Under the pieces are notes generated by a model. It was not told the origin of the DNA. It saw only the letters and a program-made list of their open reading frames with translations, and did no database searches. 64,000 nucleotides of DNA from Pseudomonadales bacterium (GTDB lineage: Bacteria; Pseudomonadota; Gammaproteobacteria; Pseudomonadales; Azotimanducaceae). This document shows, one piece after another, positions 38,870 to 47,733 of this stretch. Positions within the stretch are counted from its first letter, which is position 1, and the number at the start of each line of letters is the position of its first letter. Both the position numbers and the translations under genes were made by a program. Where the stretch lies: NCBI GenBank assembly GCA_963665455.1, contig OY762279.1, forward strand, positions 4,443,492 through 4,507,491, in the 5' to 3' direction.

Positions 38870-39091
38870 ATGCGCTATCTCGTGCAACTGCTCATCCCCG
38901 CCCTGATCCTCCTGGGGGTGATCTGGGCCATCTCGCGCAGCCGACGCACCAACACGCGATCCGCCTCCGGTGACGGTAACGAACTCCTTTCCACCCCCGC
39001 CTTTCTGCTCATTCTGGTGATCGGCGCGGCGCTGGCGGTGGCGTTGCTGTTTGCGATGGGCGCCTGGACGGGGGTTCAAGCAGATCCATGA
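38870..39091 (+). CDS. possible small two-helix membrane protein
   Basis: MRYLVQLLIPALILLGVIWAI...FLLILVIGAALAVALLFAMG. It overlaps the convergent POT gene by 83 nt, so it may be spurious. Confidence 0.2.
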   Translation: MRYLVQLLIPALILLGVIWAISRSRRTNTRSASGDGNELLSTPAFLLILVIGAALAVALLFAMGAWTGVQADP

Positions 39092-40583
39092 TGCGGTGCC
39101 GGCACGCGAACGCCGCGATGGCGGCGACCGTGCAGCCGGCCGCGATGCCGAGGTAGACGGCCCGGATACCGACGGGTTCCGCCAACGCGCCGATCTGCCC
39201 CGACACCCAGATGCCGACGCCCCCGAAGAGGAGCCACACGCCCATGAGGGTGTTCGCCAAGCGCCGCGGGGCCTCCCGACTCACGAACGCCTGACCCACC
39301 GGCACCACGGTCATCTGGCCGAAGGTGATGACCCAGTAGTAGACCAGGGGCCAGAACAAGGGGATCTGCCCGTCCGTGTCGTCGCCCATGGCCGGCAGGA
39401 TGGCGGCCAGGATTCCGAACGCGCCGGCCGTCAGCAACAGGCCGGCAGCCATCTTGGCCGGGGGTTCCCGCAAGACCCCGCGCTCGTCCAGGGCATTCCA
39501 CACCGCCAGCATGATAGGACCGACGATGATCACGAACAGCGCCTGCGCCGAATGGATCCAGAGCGTGGGAATCTCGAATCCGAACACCACCCGGTCGGTG
39601 TCGTTCTCGACGAATAGGCTGAACGAGCCACCCCATTGTTCAAAGGCCGCGATGAAGACGAAGTAAGCGAGGCACATGCCGCAGATCGCGACGACGCGCC
39701 GCCGCTCCACCCGCGAGAGGGTGAGCAGGCTGGCGTCCAGGGCGATGGGGCTCGCCGCGGCCGGCCTCAATGCATCGGCGGACGATTGCGCGGAAGGCCG
39801 GACCCGCGACAGGAGCGCCGCCGCCAAGGCCACCATCACGGCGGCCGCCGCAAGCCCCTCGATCCAGCCCATGCGGCTCGCGATGGTCCCGGAGACCAAG
39901 GCACCGACGATGAAGCCGAGCATCGCCGCCATGAACAGGAGCGTGTAGCCCGCCTCGCGTTTGGCCCTGCTGCCCTCGTAGAGCGACCCCACCATGACGG
40001 CCAGGGCCGGGGACTGCAGACCAAAGCCCGCGATGAAAGTGGCCAAGGCTCCGTAGAAGAGCACCGACATCGTTGCGTAGGCCCCCACCGCGGCGTCATG
40101 GAGTACCTCCGCGCCCGCCGCGTCCACGGAGTATCCGCGCGCTTCCGCCAGGAGCCGGACGGCCGACGCGTCGTCGAGCCCCAAGCGCGCAATGGGAACG
40201 TCCGCAGCGAGGATCACCGCCCGCACCGGCGCATCGTGCACGTGGCCGAACATGGCCGGCACCAGTCCCACCGCGATGAGCAGGAAGAACGCTGCGGCTT
40301 GCAGCCACATGCCGAGGACGGCCGCCCGGCGCTGGCCGAGGAACGCGTCCGCGATCCATCCTCCGATGACCGGGGAGCCGTGCACCAAGCCCGTGAACAG
40401 GCCGTAAAGGCGCACCGCCTCGGCATTCGTCCAACCGTAGCCGTACTCCGCGGGCGCGGCCGTCATGATGAGCACGAGATGGCCGATCAGGCCCGCGTAC
40501 GCCGCGATGTGCCATAAGGCCACGTGCGTCAGGGGGTAGATCTGACGCGGATGATGGAGGAGAACCTCGGTGAAGCGTGCCAT
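39009..40583 (-). CDS. proton-dependent oligopeptide transporter (POT/PTR2)-like MFS protein, divergent
   Basis: GGWIADAFLGQRRAAVLG loop typical of POT. The N-terminal ExxERF motif is degenerate. Confidence 0.6.
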   Translation of the reverse strand: MARFTEVLLHHPRQIYPLTHVALWHIAAYAGLIGHLVLIMTAAPAEYGYGWTNAEAVRLYGLFTGLVHGSPVIGGWIADAFLGQRRAAVLGMWLQAAAFFLLIAVGLVPAMFGHVHDAPVRAVILAADVPIARLGLDDASAVRLLAEARGYSVDAAGAEVLHDAAVGAYATMSVLFYGALATFIAGFGLQSPALAVMVGSLYEGSRAKREAGYTLLFMAAMLGFIVGALVSGTIASRMGWIEGLAAAAVMVALAAALLSRVRPSAQSSADALRPAAASPIALDASLLTLSRVERRRVVAICGMCLAYFVFIAAFEQWGGSFSLFVENDTDRVVFGFEIPTLWIHSAQALFVIIVGPIMLAVWNALDERGVLREPPAKMAAGLLLTAGAFGILAAILPAMGDDTDGQIPLFWPLVYYWVITFGQMTVVPVGQAFVSREAPRRLANTLMGVWLLFGGVGIWVSGQIGALAEPVGIRAVYLGIAAGCTVAAIAAFACRHRIMDLLEPPSRRPSQTATPPPAPRRSPE

Positions 40584-40636
40584 CGTCCCTCGCCGCGCCG
40601 GCGCGGTGCGTCGCCCGCCGACGGTCGGCGGAACGC

Positions 40637-41647
40637 TCAGATGCCCAGCGTGCGGACGACGAAGCGCTGGAACGCGTGCATCGCCCCTTCGCTGTTGCCG
40701 TCAGGATTGTAGATGACCCGGCCCCGGTCGTAGCCGAGGGACGCGAGGCCCTTCTGCACCGACTCGCAGAGCGACTTGTCTTCCCCACCGATGTCGCCCC
40801 AGTCCGGCCGCCACTCCTCCGTGTCGAGTTCCTCGGGCAGCCGGTACACGTCCATCCGGCCCGCGCCCGTGCGGGCCGGGCCCTCCGGAGCGCCGAAGTT
40901 CATGGCGTGGATCGACTGCTTCTCGCGGGTGCCCGAGTTCCAGAACACGAAGCTCGGAAAGAGCGTCCAGAACATCTGCTGGTCCCCATCGGCGCGGCGC
41001 GTTCCGCTCATCTGCTTGGCCCAGAGGTCATGCCCCGTGTAGGTCAGGTCCTCGAAGGTCAGGTCCCGCAGGGAGCCGGGGTGCGCCGGAGGGCAGTGAT
41101 AGCACTCGAGGAAGTTGTCCATGACGATCTTCCAATTCGCCCGGATGGGGAAGTACTCATCGTACCTCTGCTGCAGCGTGCCGCCCCGGCCGCGCATGAT
41201 GATGACGCTCTGGTCGAGCAACTCCGCCGTGATGTAGCCGCCCGGCGTACGCAGATCGCCCACCCAGCCGGCGTACGTCCAGCTCTTGTAGAAGAGTTCG
41301 TGCTTTTCGCGTTCGTAGACGTCGGGGTCGAGATGGGCCCATGCGGGGAGAGAATGGGATCGAGCGGGATCGTCCGTGACCCCGGTGGGCGTAGCGGGCC
41401 TACACCGCACGAGCGTCTGTTCCCAAAGCTCCACCGACATCGGACTAGCAGGGTCCCCGCAGAGGCCAACCAGCTCCTCGATGCGCCCGATGTACTGCTC
41501 CTGAACCGTCTGGCCGACGTACTCGTTCGGCGCGACGAGTCTGATGGTCGACCCGCCCTGCCGAGCCTCAAGCGGACTGATCCACGTGCTGAATTGCTCC
41601 GGCGCAAGCTCGGCCCGCAACCGTGCGAGGCACTCTTCCCACACCAT
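40637..41647 (-). pseudogene. chimeric ORF: DnaA domain I-like N-terminus fused to a ring-hydroxylating oxygenase alpha subunit lacking its Rieske cluster region
   Basis: Residues from ATG 41647, MVWEECLARLRAELAPEQFSTWISPLEARQGGSTIRLVAPNEYVGQTVQEQYIGRIEEL, parallel E. coli DnaA [27 protein letters not shown]...LYAPNRFV. Next comes an RHO N-terminal stub, DPDVYEREKHELFYKSWTYAGWVGDLRTPGGYITAELLDQSVIIMRG. It jumps at about 41170 straight to catalytic-domain motifs ANWKIVMDNFLECYHCPPAHP, with no CxH..CxxH. Confidence 0.5.
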
Positions 41648-41788
41648 CCCCGTCCCCTTGGCCGCAGCAAATCTAGCTCGCCGAGAGTCTCCCAGCCTTA
41701 CCGGCATGTGTCCACAACGACTCAAGGGCGGGCCGATCACGCCCGAACGCGGTGGTGCTATCCGGTATCATCGACTCGCGGCGCGAAC

Positions 41789-41819
41789 ACGAGTCGTCAC
41801 CAAGAGCGAACGAGTCGTC
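41789..41819 (+). promoter_or_regulatory. two 10-bp direct repeats upstream of the PLD nuclease gene
   Basis: ACGAGTCGTC at 41789-41798 and 41810-41819 (21-bp spacing), plus inverted CGACTCG at 41772-41778. These sit 22 nt before ATG 41841. Confidence 0.2.
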
Positions 41820-41840
41820 GCACGACGAGGAGAGAAACGC

Positions 41841-42905
41841 ATGGCCGAACTGCTCGGGAGCGACTTCACCTCGAAGTTCAAGAAGCGTGTGGCGTCGGCC
41901 CGGGAAGTTTGGATTTGTTCGGCATGGATGACCGAAAGCCAGGCTCTGAACGCCTTGGTCAGCCGGAAGCGAGAATGTGCCGTGCGGGTCATCGTCGGCA
42001 TTCGCGGGAACGCAACATCGCCCGACAGCCTGTACAGGCTCGCGCAGGAGTTCGGGTGGGAGAGGGTCAGGATCGCCGATCCACCGGACCGTCTGTTCCA
42101 CGCCAAGCTCTTCCTGTTCCACTACCCCCGACGTCCGACCGTCGCGTGGATTGGCAGCGCCAACTTCACGGGCCACGGAATGGAGGTGAACAGAGAACTG
42201 ATGCTTGAGACCAGCCACAGCAGCGCCGTGACGGCTATGCAGAAGTGGTTCGACAAAGAGTGGGAGGATTGCTGCCCCGATACGGAGGCGGTGGCCGCAG
42301 CGTATCGGCAGCGGTGGACGCCGCCCAACGAATTCAACGGCGACTGGGGCGGCGAGCCAGCACCAGTCGGGCCCCGCCCCCGAACCGGGCCAGACAGGCG
42401 CAGCTTGGTCGACTTGCGGGAAAAGCCGGACAACGGCAAGTGCTACAAATTCAAGTACTTCGGAGAAGACCGCTGGGCGAAATCGCTCGCCGAGATTGCA
42501 CGCAACGTGCTCGTCGCCTTCGGGGACGCTGATCCAGATTTCCTGACAAGGTTCGCGACGAAGGATGACGAGGCGCGCACGGCTCTCCCGAGCGCCACGA
42601 GGCGTTACCTGAGCAAAAGACGCGGGGAGCTGGGCACACAACCGCCAAAGGGTGGGCTACCAAAGCCACATGGGCAATGGCGGATGGCGCAACGCTTGGA
42701 GGAGCACCTCTTTTTTCAGGGTAAATCGCGTCCCGGCATACTAAAGATGGCTTGCGAGGCCATGGACGTAACCTACGGAGAGGGCGACGCAGGGCCCATC
42801 GACTTTCAAAGTACCCAGAGAAGCAAGCCACCCGGATTCGCGGAAGGCGAGGTCATCCTAGTGAAGATCGGAACCAGATCGGAGCGTCACCGGCTAGACT
42901 CTTAG
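41841..42905 (+). CDS. phospholipase D/Nuc-family (single HKD) nuclease with an unassigned C-terminal domain
   Basis: ATG 41841 inside track ORF 41544..42905. FHAKLFLFHYPRRPTVAWIGSANFTGHG is the HxK(x)4D...GSxN motif (42099-42164). The last ~190 aa are unrecognised. Confidence 0.7.
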   Translation: MAELLGSDFTSKFKKRVASAREVWICSAWMTESQALNALVSRKRECAVRVIVGIRGNATSPDSLYRLAQEFGWERVRIADPPDRLFHAKLFLFHYPRRPTVAWIGSANFTGHGMEVNRELMLETSHSSAVTAMQKWFDKEWEDCCPDTEAVAAAYRQRWTPPNEFNGDWGGEPAPVGPRPRTGPDRRSLVDLREKPDNGKCYKFKYFGEDRWAKSLAEIARNVLVAFGDADPDFLTRFATKDDEARTALPSATRRYLSKRRGELGTQPPKGGLPKPHGQWRMAQRLEEHLFFQGKSRPGILKMACEAMDVTYGEGDAGPIDFQSTQRSKPPGFAEGEVILVKIGTRSERHRLDS

Positions 42906-43025
42906 GCGCGGTCCGTTCCTTGCTGCCTAGTGCTAGTGGACGTCCTTGACGCGGCTCTCATTGATGCACAGTCCCACCGAGTCCAGTCCTGACGACGAGC
43001 CCTTTGGACAGTAAGGCTGATCGGG

Positions 43026-43739
43026 TCACGCGTCTCCATCGGGTACCTGTTGATGATCGCGACAGAACTGCCAAAGATAGGCGTCCACCTGCTGCCGGGT
43101 GAGTCCGTGTTCCCGCGCAAGAAAGGTCACCATTTGGTCCGGGGTCGCCGAACACGCATTGGCGCATTGGATGATCCACGTGTCCGCCTTTTCGGTGTCC
43201 TCGATACCGAGAATCAGGGCCAAGTGTTGGCCCGTCGCGGGCCCTATCCAAGGCAACTCCACCAGGGCCGAGCGGCCTCGCTCCACCACACGCTCCCTGA
43301 AGGCGGGCCACCCTTCCGCGTTGATCATTCGGCATCCCTTGAGGAAAGCGTCGGCCTTGGCCTGATTGCGGATCGGTAGCGTCTGGGCGTCCACCCCGTC
43401 CATCGCCACGATCTTGTCCAGATCCAGCTCGTGGAATGCCGCTACGAGGGCAGGCAAGTGCTTGGCCACGACCGCAGTACGGAAACCCGACTCAAAGACC
43501 ACGCAAAGGTAGTCCTCAAGGAAAGTCCTCAGATCCACATCCTCGAACTTGCGAGGCTTGAAGATGTCGTCGCCCACATGCCTGCGAGCCACAGCCAGCA
43601 TCCGGCTTGCCTTGTCCTTGTCCACACGAATCGCTCCCGTGACCGTCGCCGAGTATGGCCCAAAACGCAAACGACCGCTCCCGCCAAGTGAATCCCGCGC
43701 CCGATGGCATCTGCGTGCGGGGGCGTGGGACGGAATCAC
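43026..43739 (-). CDS. helix-hairpin-helix protein, Tag/HhH DNA-glycosylase-like (tentative)
   Basis: LPWIGPATGQHLALILGI HhH motif. The preceding helices (LRTFLEDYLCVVFESGFRTAVVAKHLPALVAAFHELDLDKIVAM...IRNQAKADAFLKG) parallel E. coli Tag LFEMICLEGQQAGLSW...FDPVKVAAM...IIRHRGKIQAII. Start is either GTG 43739 (GTGA overlap with the zinc-ribbon gene) or ATG 43601. Confidence 0.4.
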   Translation of the reverse strand: MIPSHAPARRCHRARDSLGGSGRLRFGPYSATVTGAIRVDKDKASRMLAVARRHVGDDIFKPRKFEDVDLRTFLEDYLCVVFESGFRTAVVAKHLPALVAAFHELDLDKIVAMDGVDAQTLPIRNQAKADAFLKGCRMINAEGWPAFRERVVERGRSALVELPWIGPATGQHLALILGIEDTEKADTWIIQCANACSATPDQMVTFLAREHGLTRQQVDAYLWQFCRDHQQVPDGDA

Positions 43740-44026
43740 GTCTTGTCCGGCAGCCCCTTCGAGATATCCCCCCGGCGATTGATCAGCCGGTCCGGATCCG
43801 CGTCCCGGGTGTTGTGCATCGCCCGGTCCACCATCTTGTCGTACTTGGGATCGAGGCGTTCGAGCTTCGAGAGGTTCGACAGGTGCACCGAGGGGCGGGA
43901 GACGATGCGCCGGGTGCTTTCGCTACCGCAGCGTTCGCACGGATGCGGCGCGTTGGCGCGCGACACCGGGGCGAGCACGGACGTCACCGCCCGGCAGTTA
44001 CTGCAGCGGTACTCGTAGATGGGCAT
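43736..44026 (-). CDS. FmdB-family zinc-ribbon protein
   Basis: MPIYEYRCSNCRAVTSV...HPCERCGS: CxxC..CxxC with the canonical MP.YEY.C start. 96 aa inside track ORF 43736..44419. Confidence 0.7.
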   Translation of the reverse strand: MPIYEYRCSNCRAVTSVLAPVSRANAPHPCERCGSESTRRIVSRPSVHLSNLSKLERLDPKYDKMVDRAMHNTRDADPDRLINRRGDISKGLPDKT

Positions 44027-44046
44027 CCGCCGCCCGCCCGGCGCCG

Positions 44047-44433
44047 TCAGGCGGCGAGTTCCGCTCCCTTGTCGATCAGGGCCTGAATCGAGAGGTGATA
44101 GCGCTCGAACTTCATCTTGTCGAGGACGTTGCGGGAGCTCACGATCTCGCGGTCGGTGTCCAGGGAGAGCAGCGACGGTCCGGTCCCCTTCTTGCGGCGC
44201 TTGAGGTAGTTCGTCCAGTCGCGCGCGGGCATGTCGATGACCAGTTCGACGTCGCGCAGGTCGTCCTCGCCGATCGCCTCGATCATGCCAACCTCGAATG
44301 CCTCCAGGATGACCCTGCGAATCGTCTTGCCGGCCTTGAAGCCGATCACCACGTCCGCGCTGCCGAGTTTCCGGTAGGCGGGATCGACGTTGAGCGCGTC
44401 TCTCGCGCCTTCGAGCCAATCGAGCTGGGGCAT
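44047..44433 (-). CDS. SCP2-like (sterol carrier protein 2 fold) small protein
   Basis: About 128 aa. ...NVDPAYRKLGSADVVIGFKAGK...VELVIDMPARDWTNYL... resembles the SCP2 pattern and the upstream paralog-like gene. Alternative TTG start at 44442. Confidence 0.5.
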   Translation of the reverse strand: MPQLDWLEGARDALNVDPAYRKLGSADVVIGFKAGKTIRRVILEAFEVGMIEAIGEDDLRDVELVIDMPARDWTNYLKRRKKGTGPSLLSLDTDREIVSSRNVLDKMKFERYHLSIQALIDKGAELAA

Positions 44434-44447
44434 GTGTCTCAAGTCCT

Positions 44448-44903
44448 CTAGGCGAACGCCGTCTTCACGCGCGCGGACGCGTCGAAGTAGAACTGCAGCG
44501 TCTGGTTGTAGCGAAAGAAGAGGTCTTCCCGGTATTGGTCCCCGTGCCTCGACGTCGAGAGGCCGTCGTCCCGGTCGAGGTCGAGGCTGTTCAGGGTGTG
44601 ATTCTCCGTGGCGTGGCCATGGTGCTGGATGTCCTCAAGCATCTCCCGCCAGTCCGCCCTCGGCATGTGCATGTAGAAGTCGACCTCGTCGAGCGCGGCC
44701 TCGTCCGCCGCCACGCCCCCCTTGCACTCGGCACCCTCGAAGGTCAGCACGAACACGTCCTCGAGCACGCTCTCGTCCTCGCCCGTGACGACCAGGCCGG
44801 CCGTGCAGTTGCAGTGTCCGCCACCGGCGCCCTGGTAGCGGTCATCGCTGTTGTAGACGGCCGCGACCGCGCCGAACCATGCTTCCGAGGGAAACCTCGC
44901 CAT
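44448..44903 (-). CDS. SCP2-like small protein
   Basis: 151 aa starting MARFPSEAWFGAVAAVYNSDD...CTAGLVVTGED...FVLTFEGAEC...VDFYMHMPRADWREML. The ATG shares one base with the upstream stop (TGATG). Confidence 0.55.
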   Translation of the reverse strand: MARFPSEAWFGAVAAVYNSDDRYQGAGGGHCNCTAGLVVTGEDESVLEDVFVLTFEGAECKGGVAADEAALDEVDFYMHMPRADWREMLEDIQHHGHATENHTLNSLDLDRDDGLSTSRHGDQYREDLFFRYNQTLQFYFDASARVKTAFA

Positions 44904-45934
44904 CACGCGGCTTCCGGCAGGAAGCGCCGCATCTCCTCCGGTATGCGGTCCGCCGCGCGGGGCACGCGCAGCCAATCCCAAACGGCCTCGTAGCGCGCCA
45001 TGAAGTCCCGCATCATGGCCTCCCACGTGGCCATTCCGGTGGTCGCCGCCTTCGCCACGCCGCCCCCGAAGATGACGGCCAACGCCTCGCGGAGGACCGG
45101 GTCGCGGAGTTCCCGCGCAAAGATCCGGTCGCCGATGAAGAGGAGCGTGGCCAACACCTGCGCTTGGGCGTCGACATGCGCGATGGAGTACTTCAGGTGG
45201 TCCAGGGCGTACGCCATGTGCCGCGCGCGGTCCTGAATGACGTGTGCGTAGATGAAGCGCTCCGCGTCGTTGTGCGCGAAGCGTTCGAGGTAGCGCAGGA
45301 TGGTCATCGCGTACGTACCGCGCAGCAGGAACAAGTACGTGACCGCCTCCGTCCAGCCGCCCCGGCTCTCGAGGATCATGCGGTTCACCTCTCCGGGTGC
45401 CTCGAGGCCCAATCCTCCGCCGTTGTAGAGCGCGCGCTTGCGGAACACCTCGTAGTGGCGTCCGGCATCGAACGTGGCGGTCGCGAGGAACTGCTTCACC
45501 TCGTGATAGCCGTAGGCCATCTGATGCTGCCAGGAGGAGATCGTCTCGATGTCCACGTTCGCGTACTGCGAGAGTTCGGTGCACACCTGGCACACCGCGC
45601 GTTCCACGTCGTCGGGAAGAGGCTCGATGGTGTCCCAGGGAACGTCCGTCGCCGGCGCCCAGCGCCGCTGGATTGCCTCCTCGTAGAGGTCCGCCGCCGA
45701 GTCCGCCCAAACCGCCGCCTTCTCCCGAATCGCATATCCGACGGGCGGCATGCCCCGGCGAGGGATCGCACCCCGCGGATTGCGGGTCTGGTCGTTCCAC
45801 TCCGTGGGAATCTCGCCGTAGATGCCAACGTTCAAGCTACCGAGGGTCAGGCCCTTCTTGCCGGGCTTCACCCGCACGCCCCACTGGCGGGACTGGTTCA
45901 TCCAGTCGAACTTGGGGTCCGGCACGGGGGTCAT
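44903..45934 (-). CDS. ferritin-like diiron-protein paralog lacking carboxylate ligands (putative non-catalytic subunit)
   Basis: Paralogous to 46125..47195 (QTxxPRGA, LYEEAIQRRW, TDVPWDTIEPLPDD). The motif positions read DAGRH (45455-45469) and DRARH (45217-45231). Start is ATG 45934 by alignment with the paralog; GTG 46054 is possible. Confidence 0.6.
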   Translation of the reverse strand: MTPVPDPKFDWMNQSRQWGVRVKPGKKGLTLGSLNVGIYGEIPTEWNDQTRNPRGAIPRRGMPPVGYAIREKAAVWADSAADLYEEAIQRRWAPATDVPWDTIEPLPDDVERAVCQVCTELSQYANVDIETISSWQHQMAYGYHEVKQFLATATFDAGRHYEVFRKRALYNGGGLGLEAPGEVNRMILESRGGWTEAVTYLFLLRGTYAMTILRYLERFAHNDAERFIYAHVIQDRARHMAYALDHLKYSIAHVDAQAQVLATLLFIGDRIFARELRDPVLREALAVIFGGGVAKAATTGMATWEAMMRDFMARYEAVWDWLRVPRAADRIPEEMRRFLPEAA

Positions 45935-46081
45935 GAGGTTCGCGCCGTCCGCGGAAACCGTCTCGATCCGTCTCGGCGATGACTTCGCCTGTGCGCGTTT
46001 CTTCGTATGCGAGGGGTTCCCCCTCGCGCTCCCCGGCTGACGGCTCTTGGCCACGTTGTGATACCCGTCCGGTCAGGTTAC

Positions 46082-46108
46082 GGAAAACGCCCGCCGGGAA
46101 GACGGGCG
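46082..46108 (-). terminator. intercistronic GC stem-loop followed by TTTTCC (attenuator or terminator-like)
   Basis: Minus strand reads CGCCCG-TCTTCCCGG-CGGGCG-TTTTCC, 17 nt after the stop of the upstream diiron gene. Confidence 0.3.
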
Positions 46109-46124
46109 CGTGGTGTGTGTTCGC

Positions 46125-47195
46125 CTAGGCGGCTATGTCGGCCAGGATTTCCGGCACCTGCGAGCGGCCGTTGTCGAAACGGTCGCCGAAGCCCGCGCTC
46201 CTGACGCGCTTGATGTACTCGGAAAGCTGCCGGCGGCGGATGGCGATGAGCTTGTTGCGCCCCTCGTCGAAGTGCTGCTTGCCGCCACCGAGCAGGATGG
46301 CCATGGACTCCGAAGTCTGCGGGAACTGTCCCGCCGGGTTCTGCGAACCCGCGAGAATCCCACGCTCCGCCTCGTCGAGGTAGCAGTGGATCTCTTCGTG
46401 GCGTTCCGGCGCCGTCTCGGCCATGTAGCGCATGTGCATGACGCCGAACGCGACGTGGCGCGCCTCGTCCTGGGCGCACAGGCGGTAGATGGCCTTCTCC
46501 GCGTCGTTGTATGCCATCAGTTCGCCCATGCGGAAGATGGTGAGCACGGCGCCCTCGCCGGAGATGTGCAGCCGGGACGACATCTCGGTGAAGTCCCGCG
46601 AGAGGTCGATGCTGCCCACGACGCCCGAGGTGCCACCGGTCGCCTTCATGAGGCCACCGCCGTTGGCGAGCGCGCGCTTGCGGAAGACGTCCATGTGGCG
46701 CGACTCGTCCATCACCTGGCAGAGGAGCACGTTGCGGGCCTCGAAGAAGTCCGGCGTCGTCTGGGCGATCCAGCGCGCCGGCACGTCCCCGGCCACGAAC
46801 TCGACCTCCGTGAGGAAGGTGTCCATCGTGCACTGCGCCTGCTCGATGTCGTCCGGCAGCGGTTCGATGGTGTCCCAGGGGATGTCCGTCGCCGAACTCC
46901 ACTGGCGCTGCAGGGCCTCCTCGTAGAGGAACGAGGCGTTGTCGAGCCAGATCTCGCTCTTCGTGCGCACGGCGTAGTTGCCGATGCGATAGGACCCAGG
47001 CCGCTCCGCCGCGCCCCGCGGGCGGCCCGTCTGGTTGTCGCTCTGCTCCGGCGGATCACCGTAGTCCCCGACCTGGATGTCGGCCAGCGTCAGACCGTAC
47101 TTGCTCTGTTCGGCACGCGTATCCCACTGGCCTTGCTGGTCCATCCAGCCCAAGTCCAGTTCTTGATCGGTTTCGAGCTGAACCGCTTCGCTCAT
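46125..47195 (-). CDS. ferritin-like diiron-carboxylate protein (putative catalytic oxygenase subunit), family unassigned
   Basis: ATG 47195 after GGGGAG. Two complete motifs: E-x33-DESRH (DESRH = 46695-46709) and E-x29-DEARH (46455-46469). Confidence 0.7.
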   Translation of the reverse strand: MSEAVQLETDQELDLGWMDQQGQWDTRAEQSKYGLTLADIQVGDYGDPPEQSDNQTGRPRGAAERPGSYRIGNYAVRTKSEIWLDNASFLYEEALQRQWSSATDIPWDTIEPLPDDIEQAQCTMDTFLTEVEFVAGDVPARWIAQTTPDFFEARNVLLCQVMDESRHMDVFRKRALANGGGLMKATGGTSGVVGSIDLSRDFTEMSSRLHISGEGAVLTIFRMGELMAYNDAEKAIYRLCAQDEARHVAFGVMHMRYMAETAPERHEEIHCYLDEAERGILAGSQNPAGQFPQTSESMAILLGGGKQHFDEGRNKLIAIRRRQLSEYIKRVRSAGFGDRFDNGRSQVPEILADIAA

Positions 47196-47322
47196 GAATC
47201 GCTCCCCAAGGGTGTTCAACGTGACATTTGCCCCAGGCGGTCGCCCCACCGGGCACCGACGGTCGAGGCCCACCAGCCAAGGCAGGTACTATACCCGCCG
47301 GTTCGGGATTCTCAAATAGGCG

Positions 47323-47733
47323 ATGAGCTTCGAGTTGCACCCCCGCCTGACCACCGACTGCGAACGGCTGTGTGAGCTGGGCCTCTCGACGGCCCTGCTC
47401 GCCCGCGACCGGAGGTTTCACTGGGTCATCCTGGTGCCGCGCATCGCCGGCCTACGCGACCTGCACGACGTTCCCGCCGCGCACCGGGCAGCCCTGTTCG
47501 ACGAAATCGAGCAGGTCTCCGCAGCCCTCAAGCGCATCGTGGAGGCCGACAAGATCAACGTGGCCGCGCTCGGCAACCAAGTCCCCCAGTTGCACATTCA
47601 CGTCATCGCGCGCCGCACGGACGATCCGGCCTGGCCGGACCCGGTCTGGAGCGCCCCCGCGGCCGACGCGCCCCTCGCGGGTGCCGAGTTGGCCGCGCGC
47701 GCAACACGCATCAAGGAGGAAATCTCTGCATGA
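47323..47733 (+). CDS. HIT (histidine triad) family protein
   Basis: QLHIHVIAR histidine triad (HxHxH); 136 aa. Confidence 0.8.
   Translation: MSFELHPRLTTDCERLCELGLSTALLARDRRFHWVILVPRIAGLRDLHDVPAAHRAALFDEIEQVSAALKRIVEADKINVAALGNQVPQLHIHVIARRTDDPAWPDPVWSAPAADAPLAGAELAARATRIKEEISA

Noticed and set aside
41709-41716. DnaA box near the dnaA-like fragment (GTGTCCACA region).
   Set aside because: It matches only 7 of 9 positions of TTWTNCACA, occurs once, and shows no clustering. That is insufficient to call an origin or autoregulatory site.
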